Below are positions 26,615 through 40,127 of a stretch of DNA of 64,000 bases, in pieces. Origin of the DNA: Octopus vulgaris (taxonomy: Eukaryota); the NCBI GenBank assembly GCA_951406725.2, contig OX597818.1, forward strand, positions 89,342,001 to 89,406,000, read 5' to 3'. The notes under the pieces were generated by a model, which made no database searches, was not told the origin of the DNA, and was given only the letters and a program-made list of their open reading frames with translations. The position numbers were made by a program, and so were the translations under genes. The stretch's first letter is position 1; each line of letters starts with the position of its first letter.

Positions 26615-26884
26615 AGAAAACAATAGATGCGTCTATATTCTAACTTTTACTTGTTTCAGTCATTGGACTGCAGTCGTGAAGGGACACCACTTTGAAGCAG
26701 GTGGTTAGTAGAACAAATCGACCCCAATAATTATTTTTTAAGCTTAGTATTTGTTCTATCGTTGCCCTTTTGCTGAACTGCTGTTTACGGGGGTGGAGTT
26801 ATGGTGAATGGACAAGCACAAACATTAAGATACACGCATATAAGCTTTCAAACGTCTTTAAAGTTCTCCAAACTAATCTTCAAA

Positions 26885-27610
<726 letters not shown>

Positions 27611-27830
27611 AAACATGGAGACTCACTACACCAGCCACACCATCTTCTCCTCCCCGACACCTTTATACTATTTGTTTCCCACCCACACTTCCATCTCACA
27701 TGCCATGATACTCTCTCCCCACCTCCACGGAGCCAATTCGTACCCATTTTTACCACCCAGACACAATGTGCCACCAAACTTTTACCCATCTCCCTCATCT
27801 TTCTCCTACGTGCACCCGACTCATCACTCA

Positions 27831-28020
27831 CTCTCTGGAGTCAACGATACAGTACCTCAGTCTCTATGGAGTCAACGATACAGTACCTCAGTCTCTCTGG
27901 AGTCAACGATACAGTACTTCAGTCTCTATGGAGTCAACGATACAGTACCTCAGTCTCTCTGGAGTCAACGATACAGTACTTCAGTCTCTATAGAGTCAAC
28001 GATACAGTACCTCAGTCTCT
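27831..28020. repeat. 31-bp minisatellite, 6 copies
   Basis: CTCT(C/A)TGGAGTCAACGATACAGTAC(C/T)TCAGT head to tail. Confidence 0.95.
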
Positions 28021-28254
28021 GGCCCCCTTGATCTAACCGTTTTTCTAAAGCCTTTCCAAAGGGTCCACATTACGTCCTTCAAATGCCCTCTTAAGTATAT
28101 TCAAACTGAACATGGACCGCATTAATCTCACCAATCCTTCGACGCTGCGAAACTGAAGGGAAGTGAACTTTCTCTTGATCAAATCATTCAAAAATTCAAG
28201 TTATAAGCCTGCTAATGCCACTTATTTTTTTTTTGTTTTCTTAACGTCTTAACG

Positions 28255-29270
28255 TCTTAACATCTTATTTTCTTAACGCATTTTTATATTTCCTTCATGT
28301 CTGATAAAGCTCACTTTCATTTAAATGGGCTCATCAACAGACAAAATTGCCGGTTTGGGGGCTCTGAGAATCCGAGAGCACTACACCAAAGAGAATTACA
28401 CCCAATAAAGTATGAAGCTGAAAATGGACCAAAGACTAACATTTACTACAATCCCGAGTGACAATTTGGTAGACGAATATATAGGGTGGCCCAAAAGTCA
28501 CTGAGCGATTGCAATTTTTTATAATTCTTTTATTTTATGACATTTTTCTTTTCTTTTCAGGGATTTTATGGACCAGGACCTGGAAATTAATTATAGAAGA
28601 ATATGGCACCACACAATGCACCCAAGTGGTGAAATTGGTCTATCAAAATCAGGGGTCAATTATTCAAACCCAGAGAGCATATCGTTGACACTTTCAAGTG
28701 AGAGATGTCCCAAGTGAAAACACAATTAGGAACTTGATTCATCGTTTTGGAAGGGAACGAGTGCGAGAGAATATTGAACAGAATCCGGGCACGTCGACCT
28801 GAAGGCGGTCCAGACAGCTTGGGATTTCACAAGCTTCGTTGTAAACAGTTCTCTGCAGTCTTAACCTTTTTCCATACAAGGTATAGTTGGTTCAACAGTT
28901 GAAACTTCAAGAATATTAATACGCCGTCAGAATCCAGGAATTGGCAAGAAATGACCCAAATTATGCACAAAAATTGACCATGCCTGATGAAGCTCACTTT
29001 CATTCAGAAAAAGTTACCGGCTCTAGGGCTCTGAGAATCCGAGAGCACTACATCAAAAAGAACTGCACCCCATAAATTTTGAGGATGATAATGGACGCCA
29101 TTTAAAAGATGTCATTTTTCGTATGTAATTCAGAGATATGATGAAAAAGAACAAATGCAAATTAATCTCCATTATCTCTTTTATATAGAATTAAAATTTC
29201 ATACACCTATTTGTAAAAATAAAGGAGTTATTAAAAATTTAAACCCTTCGGTGTCTTCTGGGTTACATTG
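28255..29270 (+). mobile_element. Deleted Tc1/mariner-superfamily (DUF4817-HTH, maT/rosa-like) transposon remnants: fragment ~28255-28440 and element ~28482-29270
   Basis: MSDKAHFHLNGLINRQNCRFGGSENP; QTQRAYR...PSENTIRNL; FPYKV; PDEAHFH; NGRHLKDVIF; left TIR AGGGTGGCCCAAAAGTCAC. Confidence 0.7.
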
Positions 29271-29296
29271 TGTATATACAATTTAGTAGATGAATA

Positions 29297-29387
<91 letters not shown>

Positions 29388-29390
29388 GTA

Positions 29391-29444
<54 letters not shown>

Positions 29445-29445
<1 letters not shown>

Positions 29446-29948
29446 CTACAAAATTAGAGAATGGAGAAACATACTTAAATCAGTAAAACATCAACTATCC
29501 GATGATACTCAATCCATACTTTAATACACCATTACATATGAGTAAAGGCAATATATAAAATGAAATGAGATATACAGTAATAGTAAAAAGATAAAGAGAT
29601 ATAAGTAAAAAATTTCAAATTTTGAAGGACTAAATGGTAGCATAGTTGCTTCCCTTTTTTGTTTATCTAAGTGCTAGTTGTTGCTTGTGATTATGTATGT
29701 GTATAAGTGTATGTATATACATATAACTATATGTGTATGTGCGATTGATCTGTAGATGCGTGTGTGAATATTGGCGTTCCCTGACTAACCAACCGTATAA
29801 TTTTCTTTTGTGATTTAAATTTCAAACCAATAGCCAATCGAATTAATCTAAATTTTCTTTACCTAGTGGTCAGCATTTCTTAACTCATAGTTATTTCGAT
29901 CTTGAAAGGATGGACTTGGTGCTAACTTAACTGTATCTATTTTTATTA

Positions 29949-30037
<89 letters not shown>

Positions 30038-30870
30038 TATTATTATTATTATTAATATTAATAGTAATTTTTATTAACTTTTATAGCTTTAGAATTTTAT
30101 GAACTGTACCATGGTTTTAATTATTATTTTTCATCTCCATATGTGTTAGCCTTTTTTTATAAAAAAAACTATTAGCCAAATATGTATAATATCGGTACTT
30201 ATTAATATTAATATATACACTGTTATATATTTTGTTTTATTTTGTTCTGTTTACCTTCCTTTTTTGTACAAATGTGTATTATATTATATAAGTGTAGCAT
30301 TATGATGTATAAGTTTTTATATTTTACATTTTTATATTTTTATATTTATATGTATATGATTATATAATATTTTTCACTATTATAATAAATTTAATTTAAT
30401 TCTCTGAAGAGGCCGTGGGGCATCCTTGTTAATGCCTCATTTATACCTGCCTTTATGGCTTATAGGTTAAATGAGGTATGACTGCCCTCACTGCCGAAAC
30501 AGCTGTCAGTTTTGATTTATTTGCATATTATATTTGAAATTTTTTACTTATATCTCTTTATCTTTTTACTATTACTGTATATCTCATTTCATTTTATATA
30601 TTGCCTTTACTCATATGTAATGGTGTATTAAAGTATGGATTGAGTATCATCGGATAGTTGATGTTTTACTGATTTAAGTATGTTTCTCCATTCTCTAATT
30701 TTGTAGTATTAATTTACGGTAATATTATTACCTTTACCCATATAATACAATAGATGAACTGATTGTTTGACAATTTTTAACATCTATGTATTAATTTTGT
30801 TGGGTACCTATCTAGCAGTATATTGGATATATATTATCCCATGGTGGGTTGAATTTTCAACCCCTATCTC
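29445..30870 (+). mobile_element. PLE-type non-autonomous element with 176-bp inverted repeat (29445-29620 / 30532-30707)
   Basis: Arms appear identical by eye; both ends in (TA)n; hammerhead lies immediately 5' of the right arm. Confidence 0.8.
30398..30513 (+). ncRNA. Type I hammerhead with ~85-nt extended stem II
   Basis: CTGAAGA-GGC.GTG.GGGCA...ATGCCTCATTTA...TAAATGAGGTAT...TGCCC.CAC.GCC-GAAA-CAGCTG-TC; palindromic stem III, GUC triplet, short stem I. Confidence 0.75.
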
Positions 30871-30879
30871 ATTTTATAA

Positions 30880-30928
<49 letters not shown>

Positions 30929-30946
30929 ATATATATATATATATAT

Positions 30947-31251
30947 ATTCAACAATATTAAGGAATGGCCTTGATAGGCCATTCGACCCACTAGAAAGAG
31001 CAGCTAAACTTAAACCGCTAAATAGTTGTAATTCAGAAACCAAAGGAAAATAAAAACATTTACCCTTATCATCTTTGGACTATGCATAGTTTCGACATAC
31101 ATATTGGCAAACCGATTTAATTAAGATGATAAGGGTAAATGATTTTATTTTCCTTTGGTTTCTGAATTATAACTATTTAGCGGTTTGAGTTTAGCTGCTC
31201 TTTCTAGTGGGTCGAATGGCCTATCAAGACCATTCCTTAATATTGTTGAAT
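30947..31251. repeat. 129-bp inverted repeat with 47-bp spacer
   Basis: 30947-31075 / 31123-31251; spacer minus strand has GAAA-CTATGCATAG-TC (3' half of a hammerhead). Confidence 0.85.
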
Positions 31252-31454
31252 GTATATTATATAGTCTGTTGACTATTTTTTCTTTCTCACTGGACCGCTG
31301 GTGGCAAAAAATTTCTCTTGAATTTTTTGCTACCCTTATATTGATTGATATATATATATATAGGGAGATTTTACGGAAAAAAACAAAAGACGAAGACAGG
31401 TGGTGTACAAAACAAACAGATGTATTAGTATAACGTTCAGGAATAGAAAAAGTA

Positions 31455-31488
31455 TTTTACGTTTCGAGCCTACGCTCTTCTACAGAAA
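31455..31488 (-). ncRNA. Minimal hammerhead-like motif (CUGUAGA core) in a short element ~31362-31550
   Basis: TTT-CTGTAGAA-GAGC gtag GCTC-GAAA-CGTA-AAA. Confidence 0.5.
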
Positions 31489-31786
31489 GGGACACAGAAA
31501 AAACAAGGAGAGAAAAAATGTGTGTAGTGGCTAACGATCTATCATGGCGACTATATATATATATATATATATACATGCATACATATGGTAGGATTCTTTC
31601 AGTTTCCATCGACCAGTTCCCCTCACAAGGCTTTGGTTGGCCTGGGGATATAGTAGAAGACACTTGCGTGCCTATTTTCAAACAGAACAGACTATATGCT
31701 CAGAGTCTGTAGACTGCTTGGAGTCACAGGGCCTGTTAAATAACCTACCTAGATACGTGATACACGTGTGAGCGTGCGCACTCACT

Positions 31787-31827
<41 letters not shown>

Positions 31828-31949
31828 ATACACACACCCACATACACAGAGTGTTCAAGATAAATTTAACGGTTTTTATGTCTCCTCTTTCCAGGAACAG
31901 CTTCATGTGTTGGTGAACAGCATTGGAGATAATAAAGATTAGAGATTAA

Positions 31950-32302
31950 AGAGAATAAAGATTAAAGGAATTCTGTACATTATTTACATTATTTACATTT
32001 GATGGATATTTGTCCTCATCTTGTTTGTTGATAACACAACGTTTCGGCTGATATACCCTCCAACCTTCATCAGGCGTCTTGGGGAAATTTTGAACCTGGG
32101 TTCTCATTGCTAAGGTATTTTTCGATGTTATTATTATTATTGTTGTTGTTGTCGTTTAATTCACTGCTTGGAATCGAACTCGGAATCTTGGGGTTAGTAG
32201 CCCGCGCTCTTAACCACTACGCCATATGGTCGTGAGAATATGGTGTAGTGGTTAAGAGCCGCGGGCTACTAACCCCAAGATTCCGAGTTCGATTCCAAGC
32301 AG
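31950..32302 (-). mobile_element. tRNA-headed SINE-like element with hammerhead tail and inverted duplication of its head
   Basis: Head ATATGGCGTAGTGGTTAAGAGC...GGGCTACTAACCC...GAGTTCGATTCC at 32164-32227 (-) mirrored at 32238-32302 (+); then (AAC/AAT)n and an HHR. Confidence 0.75.
32034..32077 (-). ncRNA. Minimal type I hammerhead
   Basis: ACGC-CTGATGA-A-GGTTG...CAGCC-GAAA-CGTT-GTGT. Confidence 0.7.
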
Positions 32303-32309
32303 AAAAGAG

Positions 32310-32952
32310 AATCTGTAGTTGGCTAGAAACAACAGTCGCCATAAATATAAATTACAACCGAAAGGAAAACCAGCTGAACAGATAAGAAAGATGATAATGT
32401 ACCTTGGGATAAATGTAATCATAAAAAGTGAAGCAGAAATCAAGAGAAGGATTGGGAAAGCTAGAAAGTCACATGACAAGATGCCAAATATACTAACATC
32501 AAGGACCGTTAATGGCGAAACTAGAAAGAGTTTAATAAAACGTTATGTATGGTCCGCTTTACTCTAAGAAGCTGAAATATGGATATTAACAAAAGTACTG
32601 GTAAATAGATTACATGCCTTTGAAATGTGGGCATATAGAAGACTTTTGAGAATATCATAGATAGAATATAAATCGCATGAACAAGTACTAAAAATGGTGG
32701 AAACCAAGAATAAGATATTAGGCATCATCAAAGAGAAAGTGTTTGGGACGTTTAATTAGAAAAAAAATGGTTAATAGAAGGCAAAATGAATGCGAAGAGA
32801 GGAAGTGGAAAACCAAGAATTACGTGGACAGAGAAATATCAAGAATTAAACAAACTTAGAATACAGTAAATGTATTAGGACAGCACAGGAAAGATCGAGA
32901 AGGCGATCTTATGGTATTCATTCAATTGAGAGCAGACGATATCTGATGATGA
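32310..32952 (+). mobile_element. RTE-clade LINE 3' fragment
   Basis: YLG...EIKRRIGKAR, YVWSALL*EAEIW, AFEMWAYRRLLRIS, EGKMNAKRGSGKPRITW; (TGA)n tail. Confidence 0.8.
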
Positions 32953-33386
32953 TAAGAAATGAGGCGGAGCTAAAGTTGTGATGGGAGCTAAGCTGATGGT
33001 TAAAGTAACAGTAATTAGAAAGAGAGCAGGGAATGAGGAAAGAAGGGAAACTTAAATGTGACTGTATAAGGACGTGTGTGTGAAGTGCACTCTTTCTCCT
33101 TCTCTCTCTTTCTTTCTCACTCTTTCTATTTATCTATCTCTCTATATCTATCTGTCTATCTATTTTACTTTTTCACTCCTATATTTATATATTTATAACA
33201 CTCACAGCGTCCGTTTTCTATGTTACCCTTTTATACACCACACAATCTCTGTATCTAAAATCTATCTATCTATCTACTTATCACAGTCATTCTCCTCTCA
33301 ATGTCAATCAAATATATTTATTTATCCATTATACGCAATAGAAGCAGTATTGAATTAAGATAACCAGCTATGCTAAAATTCATTTA

Positions 33387-33612
33387 TTGAAAGGCAATTT
33401 ACTGCGATATTAGTCTCGAGATAAAAATCTTTTATAAACGAGCTCTGTTTGAAAATACAATATATATCGGGAGGGGATAAAAATCGTCCTAGCAGGGGCC
33501 AGCAAAAACGCCAGATGCCTTTCCGATACGCACTGGCCACGGCTGGAATGATTTTCGTTTCCCTCCTTAAAAAATGTTCTCGGGACGAATATCATAGTAA
33601 ATTGCCTTTCAA
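33387..33612. mobile_element. Foldback MITE-like element
   Basis: TIR TTGAAAGGCAATTTACT..GATATT.GTC.CGAGA at both ends plus an inner imperfect IR (GGAGGG...GGCCAG / CTGGCC...CCCTCC). Confidence 0.65.
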
Positions 33613-33781
33613 CAATATATTTACATTAAGTTTGATAGGTGGCCATTTTATATTTATTTGTATCTTAACTTAAGTATCGATAGAAATAAATACTTGAACA
33701 CAGGATATCAATTCAAATCTATATTTCCCCCAGATTTACTTAGAACAAGTTTTATATGCATATATGTATGTACGGAGATAT

Positions 33782-33818
<37 letters not shown>

Positions 33819-33862
33819 CATGCATACATGTATATATACATACATGTACGTATGTATGTATG

Positions 33863-33896
<34 letters not shown>

Positions 33897-33931
33897 TGTA
33901 TGTATGTATGTATGTATGTATGTATGTATGT

Positions 33932-33999
<68 letters not shown>

Positions 34000-34011
34000 C
34001 TATACATAGGT

Positions 34012-34410
34012 GCAGGCGCGGGCTGTGTAGTAAGAAGCTTTCTTCTCAACCACACGGTTTCGATTTCAGTCCCACTGCGTGCGGCACGTTGGACAATTTT
34101 CTTCTACTATAACCTCGAGCCGACCAAAGCCTTGTGAGTGGATTTGGGAGATGGAAACTGAAAGAAGCCCGTCATATATATACACTTTTACTCTTTTACT
34201 TGTTTCAGTCATTTGACTGTGGCCATGCTGGAGCACCGCCTTTAGTCGAGCAAATCGACCCCACGACTTATTCTTTGTAAGCCTAGTACTTATTCTTTCG
34301 GTCTCTTTTGCTGAACCGCTAAGTTACGTGGATATAAACACACCAGCATCGCTTGTCAAGTGATGTTGGGGAGACAAACACAGACACACAAACATATACA
34401 CACACATACT

Positions 34411-34448
<38 letters not shown>

Positions 34449-34613
34449 GATGCCGGGTTTCTTTCAGTTTCCGTCTACCAAATCCACTCACAAGGCTTTA
34501 TTCGACCCGAGGCTATAGTAGAAGACAATTGCCCAAAGTGTCACACAGTGAGACTGAACTTGGAACCATGTGGTTCGTAAGCAAGCTACTTATCACACAG
34601 CCACTCCTGCGCC

Positions 34614-34712
<99 letters not shown>

Positions 34713-34930
34713 ATTTACGTGTGTCTTTTGTGTTTGTCCCCCGTACCATCTCTTGACAGCCGATGTTAGTGTATTCAAGTTTCCATAACTTAGCGGTTAG
34801 CAAAAGAGAGCGATAGAATAATTACTAGGTTTATAAAGAATAAGTTCTGGGGTCGATTTCTTCGACTAAAATGACCCTTCAAGGCGATGTTCTAGCATGG
34901 CCGCCGTTAAATGACTGAAACAAGTAAAAG
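34012..34930. mobile_element. Nested SINE family A: minus copy 34185-34614 inside a plus copy (head ~34012-34155, tail ~34722-34930)
   Basis: Head and tail modules in both orientations. Confidence 0.75.
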
Positions 34931-34973
34931 TTTAAAAGAAAATATATATATACGTATATATACATATATATAC

Positions 34974-35037
<64 letters not shown>

Positions 35038-35398
35038 ACTATGTATATAACATCTATGTATGTGTGTATATGTACGTGGTTGTATGTTATTTGAATATGT
35101 ATGCGTTCGATAATATTTACATCCTCTTTCAATCCGTTTTAATTCTCTCTATTTTCCACAAAGTACATCACTTCTGCTTCCAACTGACAATTTTGTAAAT
35201 GACTGAGGATACGTATGGAATATAAGCGTGAATTTTTCTTACTCTTTCTCTCTTCTTTCCTGTCTCTCTCATACCCTTTCACTCTTTCACCAATACTCTG
35301 TCTACTTACATCCAGTTTATCTTTCTGTTACTCTTTCACACGCTTTCACTTCTACATATCTATCACCCTATCTCTTTATCTCTATCTCTCTTTCTTTT

Positions 35399-35453
<55 letters not shown>

Positions 35454-35746
35454 ACTTTAGTATATTTTTACATGTGCCTTTCATTCCAGAATCGATTGAA
35501 GTGGATATTTGAAAGGAGATTGTCAATTCCACTTTATCACCAGGCTCTAAGACCTTCTGTATATGTATGTAGAGATATATATATAATACACATACACACA
35601 CATGCATACATACATATATATGTATATATACATGCTCTTGTATGGATGTACGAATATATATAAATATATATGCATGTATTTATGTAATTTTTCTTTGTAT
35701 GAAACTGTCTCCCAACATTCGCCGATTTTTCAACCCATTTTAATTT

Positions 35747-35787
<41 letters not shown>

Positions 35788-35789
35788 AC

Positions 35790-35938
<149 letters not shown>

Positions 35939-36607
35939 CACATTACATCATCTTCCCCTCCGTCAACTGACATCCTTGACACTTCACAGCACCAACTAAC
36001 GAAAATGGCGTGGACTTAGATATAAATTGGCAGTGAGCATTTATGCATGACATGATGGTAGGCTTTTGTAGTCTGACAAGAACGGTTCCGCAATTTTTGT
36101 TGAATAATCTGCACAAATGACTTGTTTATAGTGATCAAATGTATGTGTTGCACCTGAAGAGGCACACGGTGTACTACACTTCATGTGTCGAAGTGACCGC
36201 AGAGCAGCGTGATATGAAGTGTTTTGCTCAAGGACACAACACAGAACCTGGACCAGGAATTGAAACCACGATCACGTGATCGTGAGATAAGACCCTAAAC
36301 GCAAGGACATTCGCCTCCGATCCAGACCGCATTCATAACATATATATTTATAAACATATACATACATGTGTTGTAAATATAAGAGGTTTATTGCCTCATT
36401 AATGTTTTGCTTTCAACTATGTAAGAGGTTTTTTTACCTCAAATATGGTATTATAAAGAACAATGTGCTCAGATGAACAGCAATTGGCGGGCGTTACTGT
36501 TGCCCTCATTATTATCATATCGTTTATCATTTCATTTCATTATGTCCTTGTCCAGCCCACAGATTCCTTTCTTTGTAAGGCTTTTATGGCCAATCTAATG
36601 AATAAAA

Positions 36608-36748
36608 GAAGCTTGCTTCCCAACCACATGGTTCCGGGTTCAGTCCCACTGCGTGGTATCTTGGGCAAGTGTTTTCTAATACAGCCTTGGGCGAACCAAA
36701 GCCTTGTGAGTAGATTTGGTTGACGGAAACTGAAAGAAGCCCGTCGTT

Positions 36749-36795
<47 letters not shown>

Positions 36796-37280
36796 AGGCG
36801 CAATGGCCCAGTAGGATCGCGGTTTCGATTCCCTGATCGGGCGTTGTGTGTGTTAATTGAGCGAAAACACCTAAAAGCTCCACGAGGCTCCGGCAGGGGG
36901 TGGTGATCCCTGCTGTACTCTTTCACCACTCTTTCTCTCTTTCTTCTGTTGGCCTGCTCGCTTAGCCAGCGGGGTGGCATCGTTCGAAGGCTAAAACAAT
37001 GCGATGGTCTGGTCGGTCACGTGATCACGTGATATATATGTATGTATGTATGTATGTAGGTAGGTAGGTATGCATGTATGTATGTATGTATGTATGTATG
37101 TATGTATGTATGTATGTATGTATGTATATGTGCGTGTATGTTGGTCTTTGCGTCTGTGTTTGTCCCCCCATTACCGGTTCACAACTGGTGTTAGTATGTT
37201 TACGTCCCCGTAACTTAGAGGTTGGCAAAAGAGAGCGATAGAACAAGTACCAGGCTTAAAAAACTAAATATTGGGTCGAT
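36608..37280 (+). mobile_element. SINE A with a SINE C copy (36794-37031) inserted in its internal (TA)n
   Basis: A head, (TA)n, GGAGGCGCAATGGCCCAG...CACGTGATCACGTG, microsatellite, A tail. Confidence 0.75.
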
Positions 37281-37291
37281 CCATACGACTA

Positions 37292-37397
<106 letters not shown>

Positions 37398-37576
37398 GTG
37401 TGTGTATATATATATATGTATATATAGCGTTTATATAAAAACACGTTAATTCATATAATGTAATAGGAATGTACTATGAGTGGGCTGTTTAGTTCTCCAC
37501 TAAGACTCCAGTTTGAACTAAAAAATGTGGTACTGAAATTGCCTAGCAAAGTTGGCTGGAAGTGGTTCATCATTTA

Positions 37577-37654
<78 letters not shown>

Positions 37655-37837
37655 CATGTATGTATGTTTGTATGTATGTGTGTGTGTACGTATGTATGTA
37701 TCAATTCACTTGTCACTAATTAGGTAGCAGTTATATTGCTTGAAATATTGCTAGAAACCCTTGGAGACGCAAGAAAGCATATTTTTTATATATTGCCAGG
37801 GGAGATAACCGCCCCACCAATGAAGCTAGATCACTAT

Positions 37838-37879
37838 ATTAGTCTAGTTTCGCCAGAAAATTACAACCTCATCAGTAAT
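37838..37879 (-). ncRNA. Degenerate minimal hammerhead
   Basis: ATTA-CTGATGAG-gttg...tggc-GAAA-CTAG-AC-TAAT; U16.1 appears mutated to A. Confidence 0.45.
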
Positions 37880-38212
37880 GACTACCCCATCGTTGGATAG
37901 CTTGGCTATATTGCTGATTGTCAGTATATATATATATATATATATATATTTACAATATGAATCAATGGCTGATTCTGCAAAATGCTAATGTGAAAATTAT
38001 AAAATAATGAAGGTAGCTGTACGCAATATAAAACGAAAAAATAGAAATGTGATATAGTGCTACCCGGTAGGCATATGAATTTATGGCTGAATAAGCAAAA
38101 TGTTAATGTGGTATAGATACTACCCGATACCCTCAGTCACAATTAGTGACAATTGAATTTTTCCATTTTGTTTTATACCGCGTATAGCTGCCTTCGTTAT
38201 GATATATATATA

Positions 38213-38250
<38 letters not shown>

Positions 38251-39548
38251 TGTATTATATTATGTTATATTATATTATATTATATTATATTATATCATAT
38301 TATATTATATTATATTATATCATATTATATTATATTATATTATATTATATTATATTATATTATATTATATTATATTATATATCAGACAGTCGTCCAAAGA
38401 CTTAATCAGCTATTTCAATTCAAAGAATTATAAGAAGTTGGAACTAATTTAGTCTCCTATGTAGACCTTGTTATAGAAAAATATATGTGTGGGAGTTTTT
38501 CGACTATTTGGTTACGCTGGTGATGTATATGTGTCTGTGTGACAATATGTGTGCGTATCTGTCTGTGTTTGTGTGTTTAATCATGTAATAACAACAGATA
38601 TTGACTGGACAAAGGCGTTAGTAGATGAAGTAAAGTATGATTGTGTTTTTTTGTGTTTTTTTTTTTGTTTTTAGGCTGACTATGGCTTCTGATTTTTGCT
38701 AATACTGTCTCGTTAAACAGTAATATAAAAGTAAGATTCACTGTATAAATAGATGGAAGATAATAGGAGGAGGAGCGAATAATAAGTAATAGATAGGATA
38801 TAATATTACGGAAACGGAGAAAAATAGATAAATAGAAATAGCCGGGGTGTGGTTGAAATCACTATATGATAAAAAAAAAATGACTAAATCGAAATACAGT
38901 GTCAATGTTAGATCGATAATCGTAAATTGTATGAAGGAGATCTTTTATGTAGCGGTGATGAATAGATTTATTTTCACGGTTAGAAAACGTACGAAAAGAG
39001 GGGAGGCCTCCAGACTATAAAATCAAACTAGAACTTCAGATGATCTCAAGTTTCCATTACGGTGTTACTGTATTCCGACTGTTAATTAAACCTTCTTCTT
39101 ACGATCGGCATTCATGAGATAAAACCTCAGGGCAAGTTGTTTGTTGGAGCATTTTTTTTTTTTTAGGATAGGACATTGTATGAAATGGCATTGCATTGCA
39201 TCGACGTCTGTCGCTTCGTGTTGTTGTGGTTTTAGAGCAATAACTCGTTATTCCTTTCTCTTTACATCTCAACTGCTCCCTACTGACCGGACGTAAAATA
39301 TAATTGAACTGTAAGCACGGAACAACAGAAACTCTGTTAAACTGAAAGAAAAGAACAAGAAGGCTTTACAGTGTATTTGTTAATGCACATGCACATGTGC
39401 ACACATATCTATGAATCAAAACACGCACACACGCACACACCTACATACATTGATACATACATACACTTACACATACACATATACGTACACACACTCAAAC
39501 ATACACACACACATCCATCTAGCCATCCATACATACGTATGTAGATAC

Positions 39549-39601
<53 letters not shown>

Positions 39602-39667
39602 CCCCTTTTTCTCTCTCTTCTCGCCCTCCTTAATTCCTCTGTCCCTCTTTTCCTCTTTCTTCTCCTC

Positions 39668-40090
39668 ACATGTGACTGACTGACCGACTGCTGGCCTTTC
39701 GGGTCTAGCAGTCGTCGCGGCAACACACATTTTTTTCTTTCTGCCCTAAGGCACATTCCTATCACGCCAGCTCAGTTTACTCGTCCTGTCGAAAGACGCC
39801 TGTTTGTGACGTCCTGTTGCTGTTATTATTATTATTATTATTGTTGTTTTTACGTATTTTTGTATTCATTTTCGTGTAACATCATCCGTTTTTCCATCTT
39901 TGTTTTGTATGCATTCGAAGCTTTCTTCCAAGGAATCTAATGCGCTTAGCTTAGATTTTCCTTGGGGCTGGCCAGATTGGAGCAATCTCAAGATTAATCA
40001 GCTGAAATTGCGAGGATGATCCGGTTCTTGACTGACGATTGACGGTTTCGAATGTTCCGTCTGTGTTTTTTGTATCATCTTCTAAATGTT
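39668..40090 (+). mobile_element. Non-coding element carrying a rearranged hammerhead (distant relative of the 19730/60275 family)
   Basis: Same layout: GC-rich start, T-rich region, hairpin CCAAGGAATCTAA...TTAGATTTTCCTTGG, HHR motif, T-rich tail, (TA)n. Confidence 0.5.
39982..40042 (+). ncRNA. Candidate non-circularly permuted hammerhead, copy 2
   Basis: GCAAT-C-TCAAGA / TCAGct-GAAA-TTGC / 14 nt / TCTTGA-CTGACGA-TTGA. Confidence 0.6.
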
Positions 40091-40127
40091 TTGCGTTTGT
40101 ATTTTTTTACATATATATATATATATA

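Noticed and set aside
27831-28020. CRISPR-like 31-bp repeats
   Set aside because: No spacers, no cas genes, eukaryotic context
32238-32302. tRNA gene (apparent ACT anticodon), and other tRNA-like heads
   Set aside because: Acceptor and T stems do not pair properly and the heads run into SINE bodies
36154-36193. CTGAAGA-GGCACA...TGTGTC-GAAG
   Set aside because: Good stem II, but GAAA is altered and stems I and III are absent; at best a truncated remnant
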